In this document: one piece after another, positions 1 through 14,237 of the stretch
How positions within the stretch are numbered: the stretch's first letter is position 1
How the letters are laid out: each line of letters starts with the position of its first letter
DNA from: Deinococcus sp.
GTDB lineage: Bacteria > Deinococcota > Deinococci > Deinococcales > Deinococcaceae
Assembly (NCBI GenBank): GCA_965261005.1
Contig: OZ253375.1
Coordinates: forward strand, 928,001 to 992,000
Length of the DNA: 64,000 nucleotides
Direction: 5' to 3'
Program-made: the position numbers and the translations under genes
The notes under the pieces: generated by a model
Told to the model about the DNA's origin: nothing
The model's database searches: none
Seen by the model: only the letters and a program-made list of their open reading frames with translations

Positions 1-744
<744 letters not shown>

Positions 745-794
745 AAGGGCAATCTAACACCGACCCGGCGGGCGTTTATCCCGGAGTGCACGCT

Positions 795-1682
795 TCAACC
801 TTCTTTGAGGCCCTGAAGCGCCCGCTTGTAGAGCGCGCCAAGCTCCTTGCTGCCGGGATACGCCTTCAGGGCGCGCCCCGCCACCCGCAGGGTCAGGTCG
901 TAGCGGCCGACCCGGTTCCAAGCCGAAAGGGCGTCCTGCTGATACCAATACTGTTTGTCGGGCAGACCGAGTTTCTGCGCCTGGTAAAAGGCGTCCGCCG
1001 CGCCGTTCGGGGCGCCCAGCGCCGCGCGGGCGACGCCGAGGCCCCACCAAGCGTAGGTGTCCTGCGGGTCGGCCCGCACGCGGGCGCGCGTCCCTTGCTC
1101 CAGGTGCAGCAAGTTCTGCCGCCTGATCCAGTTGTCCCCCAGAACGGCGGCCAGCTCAGTTTCACGGCCCGGCTCATAGGCCACCAGGTACTCGCCGTTG
1201 TAGGGCCGCCACAGCGTTTCCAAGTCTTGGTCGCTGAGGCGTACCCTTGGCCCCAGATAAGAGTCGGCGAAGGTGACGGCGCCCGCTTCCCCGGCGTAGG
1301 CTACCCGGTAATGGCCGATGTCGTCGGTGAGCTTCATCTGTTGGTGCAGGATCACCGGAAAGCCCGCCGCCAGCAGCGCCCGCAGCTGGTCGGGCGTGCC
1401 GGCCCAGCGGTGAGCCGTGCGCAGCCCGAAGCCGCCCAGGTAATGCGCCAACTCGTCCACCGAGACGTTGCGGTCGCTGGGGCCGTCCTTCATGGCGTCC
1501 GCCGCCTGAAACTGCGTGACCGTGTCGCCGTAAGAGGCCAGCACCATTTTGGCGGTGACCGGGCCGCAGTTGTTCAGCTTTTGGTAGACCTGCGCCGCCG
1601 GAATGGCGGAGAGCTGGCCCCGCGCGAGTCCAAACGAGGCCAGCGAACAGACCAACAGAAAAAGGGCGCGGCGCACAGCCAT
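795..1682 (-). CDS. Secreted C39-like cysteine peptidase with C-terminal TPR-like repeats
   Basis: Signal peptide; YQKLNNCGP (Cys), GHY (His) and ADS (Asp) motifs; helical YAWWGLG repeat. Confidence 0.7.
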   Translation of the reverse strand: MAVRRALFLLVCSLASFGLARGQLSAIPAAQVYQKLNNCGPVTAKMVLASYGDTVTQFQAADAMKDGPSDRNVSVDELAHYLGGFGLRTAHRWAGTPDQLRALLAAGFPVILHQQMKLTDDIGHYRVAYAGEAGAVTFADSYLGPRVRLSDQDLETLWRPYNGEYLVAYEPGRETELAAVLGDNWIRRQNLLHLEQGTRARVRADPQDTYAWWGLGVARAALGAPNGAADAFYQAQKLGLPDKQYWYQQDALSAWNRVGRYDLTLRVAGRALKAYPGSKELGALYKRALQGLKEG

Positions 1683-1694
1683 AACGTCACTCTC

Positions 1695-4589
<2,895 letters not shown>

Positions 4590-4781
4590 GCGGCACCTGA
4601 ACAAGCGAAGAAATAGGCGTGGGCAAGGGGTTTTTTCATATCTGGGACTTCCTTTGCGCGTGAGCGTAGCACAAAAGGTGTGCGCGTCAAGGCGGCGAAT
4701 ATCCCCAAGTTTGCGCGGCGCCAGCACCCTTCTCAGCGTTTTTCGCAGACGGCCTTCACCCGCCGCGCGCATGATGAAGGG

Positions 4782-5900
4782 GTGAACACCCTTCGCGCGC
4801 GCCTGACCGCAGCGCTCTTGCTGGCGCTGCTCGCGGCGCCCGCCGGCGCCCAACCCGCCGCCCCGTTGACGTCAACTCAGGTCACGCCGAACCGAGCTGC
4901 ACCCAGCGCGAGCTTGAGTGACCCCCTCTTTACCAAGACCCGCCCGGCCACCTTCCGCTTGGAGCAGCGCTCTGCCAGCGACCCCAGGGAGCCGAACGGC
5001 CTGGGCACCGGCTTTTTTATCTCCAAGGACGGCCTCGGCCTCACCGCCTACCACGTCGTCTTCGCGGCCAAGGCCCTCAGCGCCAAGACGCTGTCGGGGA
5101 CGCGCTACCCCGTCGAGGTGGTCGGCTACGACGAAAACAGCGACGTGGCGGTGGTGCGGGTGAAGGTCGGGAGCAGCGTGCCCTTTTTGCCGCTGACGGA
5201 CGTGATTCCCAAAATCGGCGACCGCGCCCTGTCCATCGGCAACGGCGGCGGCGCCTTTTTGACGCCCAAGCGCGGCACCCTGCGCCAGCTGAACGTCAAG
5301 TCGGAGCGCGCCGACTTTCCGAGCGGCACCCTCAAGCTCGACGCGCCGCTGATTCCCGGCGATTCGGGCGGCCCCATTATCAACGCGCGGGGGGAGGCCA
5401 TCGGCGTCGTCAGCTACATCCAGGTCGGCAGCGACACCTCGGCCTCCTTCGGGGTGCCGGTGACCAGGAACAGCCCGCTGCTGGCCGCGTTGGAAAAGGG
5501 GCAGAAGGTGGACGCGCCGTTCATCGGCATCGGGCAGGTTTCACAAGTCGGCGCTTGGTTCGACAGCCTCAAAGACGAGGCGTTTCCCGCGCTGGGCCTC
5601 GGCCCCAAGCCGGGCGTCGTTTTTACCAGCGTGGGGAAGAACAGCCCGGCCAGCCGGGCCGGCTTGATCGCCCTCAATCAGCTCACGACCGGCGACGGGA
5701 GCAGCTTGCCGAAGTTCACGGGCGACGTGATTCTGGCGGTGAACGGCCGGCCGGTGCGCGGCTTCGGCGAGCTGCTGGCCCAGATTCGCCCGCGCAAGGT
5801 CGGCGAGACGGTCAACCTCAGCGTGCAGCGCGGCAACAAGGTCGTGAACCTCAAGCTGACCCTGGCGAGCCACGCCCAAGTCGAGGCAGCCAACCCCTAA
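4782..5900 (+). CDS. HtrA/S1C-family serine protease with PDZ domain
   Basis: Signal peptide from GTG 4782; GTGF, TAYHV, SDVAV, PGDSGGP; C-terminal PDZ (SPASRAGL...GDVILAVNG). Confidence 0.9.
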   Translation: MNTLRARLTAALLLALLAAPAGAQPAAPLTSTQVTPNRAAPSASLSDPLFTKTRPATFRLEQRSASDPREPNGLGTGFFISKDGLGLTAYHVVFAAKALSAKTLSGTRYPVEVVGYDENSDVAVVRVKVGSSVPFLPLTDVIPKIGDRALSIGNGGGAFLTPKRGTLRQLNVKSERADFPSGTLKLDAPLIPGDSGGPIINARGEAIGVVSYIQVGSDTSASFGVPVTRNSPLLAALEKGQKVDAPFIGIGQVSQVGAWFDSLKDEAFPALGLGPKPGVVFTSVGKNSPASRAGLIALNQLTTGDGSSLPKFTGDVILAVNGRPVRGFGELLAQIRPRKVGETVNLSVQRGNKVVNLKLTLASHAQVEAANP

Positions 5901-5902
5901 AG

Positions 5903-6976
5903 TCAGTCGGCGCCCAACTCTTTTCTGAGGGCCACGTCCCGAATCAGGCGGGTGCGCGCTTTCGCCTCGTGCTCCTCGGCGCGGTAGGCGGCGGCCTCGC
6001 CCGGCTGGCCGGCCTCGTCGTGGTGTTTGGCGAGGTGTTGCAGCAGCATCACGTCCTCTTCCAGCACGCGCACCGCTTCCCACAGGGACGCCTCCACCGA
6101 CACGCGCAACGCCTCAATCAGGCTGGCCGAGCTGTAGGCGTGGCCGGTGTGGCAGCGGAAGCGGATGGTCCCGCCCTCCTTCAGGCGCACCATCGCCCCG
6201 TGGCACTCTGGGCAGGTGAAGGGGGACAAGGCGCCGTGATCGAGAATGCCCGCCTCAAAGGCGCTCTTCCCCGCCGCGACGCTGAGTTCGGTTTCCAAGC
6301 GGCGGCGTTCTGCATCGCTGAAGTGCGCCCCGTCTGCGTGTGCGTCGTCTGAGCGTGCCTCGTCCATGCTGGCGTCCTTTTTGGTGGGTAGAGTGCGCGC
6401 CCAATCCGCCAGGCGCCGGGCGATATCGCGAACGGGCAGGATGTCGTCCACCTCGACCCGCTGAATGGCGCTCAGCGGCATGGAGGGGTACTCGGCCTCC
6501 TCGGGATGCTGCGCGAGGGCGAGGCCGCCGAGCTGCTTGACGGTCCACAGGCCCGAAACGCCGTCGTCGAGCATGCCCGACAAGATCACGCCGGCCACGC
6601 GGGGGGCGTGGGTGTAGGCGGCCGAGCGAAACAGCACGTCTACGCTCGGGCGCGAGCGGTTTTCGCGCGGGCCGCGCGACAAGGTGAGCCGCTCCTTGCC
6701 CAGCAGCAGGTGGTGGTCCGGCGGCGCCACGAAAATGTGACTTGGCCGCAGCGCCTCGCCGTCTTGGGCCTGGGTGGCGGGCAGCGGGCCGGCGCGCGTG
6801 AGAATTTCACCGAGCATGCTGGGTTGCCCCGGCAAAAGGTGCAGCGCGATCAGCACGGCGCCCGGAAAGTCCGCCGGCAAGCCCGAGACGATCTCCAGCA
6901 AGCCGGCCAGCGCCCCGGCCGAGCCGCCGACCACGACGACGGGACACGCCAACCCGTTCAGTCCTCTGCCCGCCAC
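5903..6976 (-). CDS. CheB-type methylesterase with C-terminal Cys/His domain
   Basis: GGSAGA, LHL, RPSVDVLFRS, SGMLDDG; C-terminal TCPECHG...RCHTGH; no receiver domain. Confidence 0.85.
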   Translation of the reverse strand: MAGRGLNGLACPVVVVGGSAGALAGLLEIVSGLPADFPGAVLIALHLLPGQPSMLGEILTRAGPLPATQAQDGEALRPSHIFVAPPDHHLLLGKERLTLSRGPRENRSRPSVDVLFRSAAYTHAPRVAGVILSGMLDDGVSGLWTVKQLGGLALAQHPEEAEYPSMPLSAIQRVEVDDILPVRDIARRLADWARTLPTKKDASMDEARSDDAHADGAHFSDAERRRLETELSVAAGKSAFEAGILDHGALSPFTCPECHGAMVRLKEGGTIRFRCHTGHAYSSASLIEALRVSVEASLWEAVRVLEEDVMLLQHLAKHHDEAGQPGEAAAYRAEEHEAKARTRLIRDVALRKELGAD

Positions 6977-8418
6977 ATTTTGGGCAGGGCGACCCAGAAG
7001 GTGGCCCCCTCGCCGGGCTTGCCCTCGGCCCAGACCCGCCCGCCGTGGCGGTGGACGATGCGCCGCACCAGGGCGAGGCCGACGCCGGTGCCCTCGTACT
7101 CGCGCTCGCTGTGCAGGCGCTGAAACACGTTGAAGAGGCGGTCCTTTTTGCGCATGTTGAAGCCGGCGCCGTTGTCCTGCACGCCGATCACGTGCTCGCG
7201 CTCGGTGTCCTTCGCGCGCACGCTCACGCGCGCCGGCGCCTTGTCGCGCGTGAACTTGTAGGCGTTGCCGATCAGGTTGGCGAAGACGGCTTGCAGCGCC
7301 ACGCTGTCGCCGTGAACGGTGGGCAGGGCGTCGCTACAAAACACCACCTCGCGGCCCTCCAACTCGGGCATCAAATCCTTGCGCACCTCGGCGACCACCT
7401 GAGCGAGGTTGATGTCGCGGAAGTGCACCTGTTGCTGGCCGCTGCGGAAAAAGTCCAGCAGCGCGCGCAAGAGCAGCTCCATGCGGTCCACCGAGTGCTC
7501 GACGTGCTGCACGTAGCGCTCCTGCTGAGCGTCCCGCGCCTCGAAGTGGCGGGTCAGCAGCTGCGTGAAGCCCCGGATGTGCCGCAGCGGCGTCAGCAAG
7601 TCGTGGGTCACGGAGTACACGAAGGTCTCCAACTCGTCGCTCAGCTCGCGGATGTGGCGGGTGCGCCGCTCGACCCGCTCCTCCAAGCTGGCATTCAGCC
7701 GCAGCACCTCCTCCTGCGCCGCGCGCTGCGGGGTGATGTCGGTGACGGTCAGACGGCACTCGGGCGTGCCGTCCGCGCCCCCGACCACGGCGCCCTCGAT
7801 CTGGGCGTACAACGCGGCGCCGCCCCCGCCCAGCAAGGGCAGCTCGACGGTATGTTTGTTTGCGGTGTGTTCGTTCACGGTATGTGCATTCAGGGGGCGC
7901 TTGGCTTGACCCGCCTCCGGCGTCTCGAACACGCGCCGCAAAAAGAGCGCGAAGCTGCTGACGCCCGCCGGCGCCACAAAGGTCGCGAAGCGCCGTCCCG
8001 GCAAACGGGCGCGCTCCACGCCCAACTGGGCGGCCAGCATCGCGTTGGCGCGCCCGATCAGGCCGTTCCGGTCGAGGGTGAGGTAGCCGACCGGCGCCCC
8101 GTCGAACAGCGAGGTATACTCCTCGCGCGCCCGTTCGAGTTCGAGGTTGGTTTGTATCAGCTGCTCGTTTTGCAGCTCCAACTCGATTTGGTGGACGTGC
8201 AACTCGTGGCGCTGCTCGACCAGTTGGCGCACCAACTCAACCACGTTGTTGGACACAATACCCTCGGGCAGCTCGGGCGCCCCATGTGGCTGGCCGTTCA
8301 GTTTGCGCTCGGCGCGCGAACGCAGCTGTGCATTGTACTCGTCACGGGTGTTCAAGGTCTCTCCAAAGCGCGAACAAACTCGAAGAGGAGTGAGCAGTTT
8401 GACGCGGCGTTTCCCCAA
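6958..8418 (-). CDS. Cytoplasmic PAS sensor histidine kinase
   Basis: PAS region, H box VTHDLLTPL, N box NLIGNA, DNGAGF, GTGVGLA; true start may be TTG 8355. Confidence 0.9.
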   Translation of the reverse strand: MGKRRVKLLTPLRVCSRFGETLNTRDEYNAQLRSRAERKLNGQPHGAPELPEGIVSNNVVELVRQLVEQRHELHVHQIELELQNEQLIQTNLELERAREEYTSLFDGAPVGYLTLDRNGLIGRANAMLAAQLGVERARLPGRRFATFVAPAGVSSFALFLRRVFETPEAGQAKRPLNAHTVNEHTANKHTVELPLLGGGGAALYAQIEGAVVGGADGTPECRLTVTDITPQRAAQEEVLRLNASLEERVERRTRHIRELSDELETFVYSVTHDLLTPLRHIRGFTQLLTRHFEARDAQQERYVQHVEHSVDRMELLLRALLDFFRSGQQQVHFRDINLAQVVAEVRKDLMPELEGREVVFCSDALPTVHGDSVALQAVFANLIGNAYKFTRDKAPARVSVRAKDTEREHVIGVQDNGAGFNMRKKDRLFNVFQRLHSEREYEGTGVGLALVRRIVHRHGGRVWAEGKPGEGATFWVALPKMWRAED

Positions 8419-8589
8419 GCTAGCGCTCCCCGGCGCGCAGCTGACAGCTCATGAACGCTATCAAAAGGTAGCTTGCGCAAAAGGCGCTTGATCGCCGGTT
8501 TTTCGCCGCACAGGACGCTAGAGTTGCCCTGCGGACGCCCCATGTGCAGACCCACGCGCAGAGTTGCGGGGACCTCCGGTGGAGAGTTG

Positions 8590-11553
8590 ATGTCAGACGC
8601 GCACAATCCTGGAGAGCAGCACGGTCCCGAAGAGCGGCACACGCCCGACGAGCAACGTCTTGAACAACCCACCGCCTTGGTCGGCATCGGCGGGTCGGCG
8701 GGCGCCCTGGACGGTTACGAGCGCTTTTTCCTGAGCATGCCCCCCGACAGCGGCATGGCCTTTGTGGTGGTGCCGCACCTCGATCCCCGCCACAGCGGCC
8801 TGATGCCCGAAATCTTGCAGCGCTGCACCAACATGCCGGTGGTGGCCGTAAAGGACGGCATGGCGGCGCGCCCCAACCACGTCCACGTCATTCCGCCCAA
8901 TTGCAGCCTGAGCGTGATGAACGGCGCCCTGCTGCTCGACGACTTGGAGCGGGCGGGCGGCATGGTGATCGACGCCTTTTTCGAGAGCCTGGCCGCCGAC
9001 CAAGGCGAGCGCGCCGTGGGCGTGGTGCTGTCGGGCATGGGCAGCGACGGCACGCGCGGGGTGCAGGCCATCAAGGAGCGCTTCGGCTTGGTGCTGGTGC
9101 AGGACCCCGAGACGGCCGAGTACCCCGCCATGCCCAGAAGCGCCGCCGCCACCCAACTCGCCAACGACGTGCTGCCCGCCGAGGAATTGGCGCCACGGCT
9201 GTACGGCTTCGTAACGCGCCGCCCGCCCCTCTCGGAAGAGGACCTGACCGGCGAGGACGGGCAGGCCGGCGCGCCGCTGCAAAAAATTCTGCGCCTGGTG
9301 CGCCTGCGCACCGGCCACGACTTTTCGCGCTACAAGCGCAACACCCTCGTGCGGCGCATTGACCGGCGCATGAAGGGTGTGCGCGTCGAGGACGTGGCCG
9401 AGTACTTGCGCGTCCTACAAGACCAGCCGGAGGAAGTCGAGGCGCTGTTTCAGGACTTCACCATCAACGTCACCAGCTTTTTCCGTGACGTGGACGCCTT
9501 TGACGAGCTGAAAGAGCGGCTGCGCGCGTACATCTTGGAGCGCAAGCAGGACAGCGACACCTTCCGCACCTGGGTGGCGGGCTGCTCCACCGGGGAGGAG
9601 GCCTACTCGGTCGCCATCGTGCTGCACGAGTTGCTGGAGGAGCTGAGAGACGAGCGCGCCCTCAAGGTGCAAATTTTTGCCACCGACATTGACAAGGAGG
9701 CCGTGGAAAAGGCCCGCTACGGCTTTTACCCGCGCGACGTCGCCTACGTCGTATCCCCCGAGCGGCTGGCCCGCTTCTTCACCTACCGTGACGGCGGCTA
9801 CCAGGTGCGCCCAGAAATCCGCGACACGGTGGTCTTCGCCACCCACAACACCTTCGGCGATCCTCCCTTCACGCGGCTCGACTTGCTGTGCTGCCGCAAC
9901 ATGCTGATCTACCTGGGCGCCGAGTTGCAAAAGCAGGTGATGGCGCTGTTTCACTACGCGCTGCGCCCCGGCGGGCTGCTGTTTTTGGGCGCCAGCGAGA
10001 CGGTCGGCCAGGACCGCGAGCGCTTCGCGGCCCTCAGCCAGCGCTGGAAAATCTACGCGCGCGGCGACGGTCCCAGCGGTCCCCTGCCCCTCGGCAACCC
10101 GCTCGGCCCGAGCGGCGCGGTCACACCGCCCTTTGGCGCCCCGCCACAGGCCCGGCCCAGCGACGTGTCCATGCAGGCGCAGCAAGTCCTGCTGACCGAG
10201 TACGCCCCCGCCGCCGTGGTGGTGGACGAGCGCGGCGAGATCGTGTTCGTGAACGGCCGCACCGCCCGCTACCTAGAGCTGCCCAGCGGCAAGACCGCGA
10301 CCAACGTCTTCGAGATGGCGCAAGGCGACTTGCGCTACGCCTTGCCGGCCGTCGTGCGCCAAGCTGCGGCGGAGCGCCACGAGGTCCGGCGCGAGGGGCT
10401 GCGCGTCGAAGTGGACGGCGCCGCATCCCTGCTCGATTTGAACGTGCGGCCCCTTAGCGCGCAGGGCGCCGGCCTCCTCTTGATCGTGTTTCAGGAGCGC
10501 GCCAGTGAGGGCGGGCCAGCCCCCGAAAAGACTGACCAGGTGCTGACGCTGGAGCGCGAACTCCGGCACAACAAGGAATCCTTGCAGGCCAACATCGAGG
10601 AGATGGCCGTCTCGATGGAGGAACTCAAGAGCACCAACGAGGAGCTTCAGACCACCAACGAGGAGTTGCAGAGCAGCAACGAGGAGCTGACCACCTCCAA
10701 AGAGGAGTTACAGTCCCTCAACGAAGAGCTGATCACCATCAACGCCGAACACCAGCGGGTGATCTTTGATCTCGCGCAGGCCAACGACGACATGAAGAAT
10801 TTGCTCGACAGCGCCGGCATCGCCACGGTGTTTCTCGGCAACGACCTCACCATCAAGCGCTTCACGCCGCGCATCACCCGCGTGATCAATTTGATGCCGG
10901 TGGACGTCGGGCGCCCCTTGAGCGACCTCAGCGTGAACTTGCGCTACGACCACCTCGCTCAGGACATCGCCCGCGTGCTGGACACCTTGGAGACCTTCGA
11001 GACGCAGGTTCTCACCCACGACGGCCAATGGTACCTGATGCGGGTCAGCCCCTACCGCACCTCGGACAACTTCATCGACGGCGTGGTGGTGAGCTTCACC
11101 AACATCGACTTGGTCAAGTCGCTCGAACAGCAGCTGCGCGAATCGCTCACCTACGCCGAGGCCATTCTGAACAGCCTGCCCGACCCGGTGCTGGTCCTCG
11201 ACGCCCACCTGCGGGTCGTGACGGTCAACCGCGCCCTGTGCGAGCTGCTGGACACCTCGGCGGCGCGGGTGAAGGGCGAGCGTCTCTACGACATCGGCAA
11301 CTTCGCCTTCGACCTGCCGGAGTTGCAAGGCCGCCTGCGCGACGTGGTCGCCACCGAGGAGGCGCTGGGCAACTACGTCATTGACCTGAGCGCGCCGGGC
11401 GGGGCCACGCGCAAGATGAAGGTCGAGGCCGACCCCCTGATCAGCAACGACGGCGAGAGCGCCCTCTTCCTGTTCAAGATGGAGGACGTGACCGAGCTGC
11501 TGGAGCGCGCCGCGAGCGAGGGAGCCGACCTTGAGGGGGACGGACCCGCTTAA
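8590..11553 (+). CDS. CheB-CheR-coiled coil-PAS fusion protein
   Basis: CheB (GGSAGA, PHL, GMGSDG), CheR (INVTSFFRD, AGCSTGEEAYS, ATDID, CRNMLIY), EEL heptads, PAS domains; ATG 8590 after GGAGAG. Confidence 0.92.
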   Translation: MSDAHNPGEQHGPEERHTPDEQRLEQPTALVGIGGSAGALDGYERFFLSMPPDSGMAFVVVPHLDPRHSGLMPEILQRCTNMPVVAVKDGMAARPNHVHVIPPNCSLSVMNGALLLDDLERAGGMVIDAFFESLAADQGERAVGVVLSGMGSDGTRGVQAIKERFGLVLVQDPETAEYPAMPRSAAATQLANDVLPAEELAPRLYGFVTRRPPLSEEDLTGEDGQAGAPLQKILRLVRLRTGHDFSRYKRNTLVRRIDRRMKGVRVEDVAEYLRVLQDQPEEVEALFQDFTINVTSFFRDVDAFDELKERLRAYILERKQDSDTFRTWVAGCSTGEEAYSVAIVLHELLEELRDERALKVQIFATDIDKEAVEKARYGFYPRDVAYVVSPERLARFFTYRDGGYQVRPEIRDTVVFATHNTFGDPPFTRLDLLCCRNMLIYLGAELQKQVMALFHYALRPGGLLFLGASETVGQDRERFAALSQRWKIYARGDGPSGPLPLGNPLGPSGAVTPPFGAPPQARPSDVSMQAQQVLLTEYAPAAVVVDERGEIVFVNGRTARYLELPSGKTATNVFEMAQGDLRYALPAVVRQAAAERHEVRREGLRVEVDGAASLLDLNVRPLSAQGAGLLLIVFQERASEGGPAPEKTDQVLTLERELRHNKESLQANIEEMAVSMEELKSTNEELQTTNEELQSSNEELTTSKEELQSLNEELITINAEHQRVIFDLAQANDDMKNLLDSAGIATVFLGNDLTIKRFTPRITRVINLMPVDVGRPLSDLSVNLRYDHLAQDIARVLDTLETFETQVLTHDGQWYLMRVSPYRTSDNFIDGVVVSFTNIDLVKSLEQQLRESLTYAEAILNSLPDPVLVLDAHLRVVTVNRALCELLDTSAARVKGERLYDIGNFAFDLPELQGRLRDVVATEEALGNYVIDLSAPGGATRKMKVEADPLISNDGESALFLFKMEDVTELLERAASEGADLEGDGPA

Positions 11554-12578
11554 AACAGCGGTTTGATTGGGTCCGGCTCCAAGGAATCCTGGGTAAAGGC
11601 GAGGTTGTGAATGACGTTGGCGCGCTGCTCCACCTGCTGCACCCGGACGAGCAGGTCGTCGAGTTGGGTCGCGCTCAGCTGGCCCGCCTGCGCGCCGAGC
11701 TGTTGCAGCAAGACGATGCCCTCCTCCATCGCCCGCAGGGTCTGGTACAGCTTGTTCTCGATGGACTCCGAGATGGCCGCGAGCAAGCTGGGCGTGTTAA
11801 AGGCGTGGCCGGTGTGACAGCGGTAGCGGGTCTGGTTGCCCTCTTTGAACTCCACCAAAACGCCTTGGCAGTCCGGGCAGGTGTAGGGAGAAAAGCCGCC
11901 CAAACGCCGCACGGTCATGGGCGTCGCCGGGCCGCGCGCCGCGATGCTCACCTCGATCTCCAGCCGCTCGCGCTCCGCGTCGCTTATCATCTCCGGCGCG
12001 GCGGGGACCGCGCTGTTCACCAGCCTTTCGAGCAGCGGCCCCATCTCGCCCACCCGGATTTGATAATCCACCGCGACCTGCTCTGTGGCGTGCCTGGGCA
12101 TCGGGTCGAAGGCCGCCTCGCTCAGGTCCTGCACGATGGCGACGCCGCCGAGGCGCTTGACGGTCCACAACCCGGAGGTGCCGTCGTCCAGCACCCCCGA
12201 CAGCACCACCCCGATCACCTGCGGCGCGTGGGTGTAGGCCGCCGAGCGAAACAGGGCGTCCACGGCGGGCCGAAAGCGGTTCTCCTTGGGTCCCTTGGTC
12301 ACGGCCAGCCGGTCGCCGTCCACCAGCAGGTGATGGTCGGGCGGCGCGACGTAGATTCGGCCCGGCCGAATGACCTCCCCGTCCCGCGCGTGCTGAGCTG
12401 GCAGCGGCCCGGCCTTGCTCAGAATCTCGGGCAAAGCGCTGGGGCTTTGGGCCTGCAAGTGCAGCACCACGCACAGCGCCCCGGCAAAATCGTGGGGCAG
12501 GCCCGCGACCAGGCCCTGAAGCGCTTCGATGCCACCGGCCGAGGCGCCCACCACCACGATTGGAAATTGTGTCTTCAT
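11550..12578 (-). CDS. Second CheB-type methylesterase with C-terminal Cys/His domain
   Basis: GASAGG, RPAVDALFRS, SGVLDDG, TCPDCQG...RCHTGH; paralogue of 5903-6976. Confidence 0.85.
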   Translation of the reverse strand: MKTQFPIVVVGASAGGIEALQGLVAGLPHDFAGALCVVLHLQAQSPSALPEILSKAGPLPAQHARDGEVIRPGRIYVAPPDHHLLVDGDRLAVTKGPKENRFRPAVDALFRSAAYTHAPQVIGVVLSGVLDDGTSGLWTVKRLGGVAIVQDLSEAAFDPMPRHATEQVAVDYQIRVGEMGPLLERLVNSAVPAAPEMISDAERERLEIEVSIAARGPATPMTVRRLGGFSPYTCPDCQGVLVEFKEGNQTRYRCHTGHAFNTPSLLAAISESIENKLYQTLRAMEEGIVLLQQLGAQAGQLSATQLDDLLVRVQQVEQRANVIHNLAFTQDSLEPDPIKPLF

Positions 12579-12666
12579 CCCTTATTATGGCGCATCGGGC
12601 GGCGGGGAAATGGTCGGGGGTGGGGAACGCAGGGCGCGTGTAGGCCGCTTCGTTCACCCCCCTCCC

Positions 12667-13906
<1,240 letters not shown>

Positions 13907-13956
13907 CCCTCAAGCATACCCGGCGTGTTGCGCGGGCGCGCCGTGAAGCTCAATAG

Positions 13957-14237
13957 GGGGTGCATCTCAGATAAGTGAGAAGGAAAGGCTTGATGACTAG
14001 GGCAAGCGCAAAGTCCTGAAACGAGGGCAAAATTGCACCCAGAACTCCTCCCCCCCTTGCGGGGGGAGGTTGGGAGGGGGGGTCAACGAGCCGGCCCACA
14101 CGCACGCCGCGTTACCCCCCTCCCCGACCCTCCCTTCGGGGTGCTTCGCGCTCCCCCGCAAGGGGGGAGGGAGAAAAGATCAAGCGCTGACTTTGCGGTT
14201 GCCCTGCTCATCTTCCCACTCTTCAGGGATGCACCCC
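13957..14237. mobile_element. MITE-like non-coding element with long imperfect terminal inverted repeats enclosing an inverted REP-like doublet
   Basis: GGGGTGCATC at 13957 and GATGCACCCC ending 14237; inner IR AGGGCAAGCGCAAAGTC / GACTTTGCGGTTGCCCT; REP pair at about 14045-14173. Confidence 0.6.

Noticed and set aside
5903..12578. Classical chemotaxis operon
   Set aside because: No cheA, cheW, cheY or MCP; the CheBs lack receiver domains
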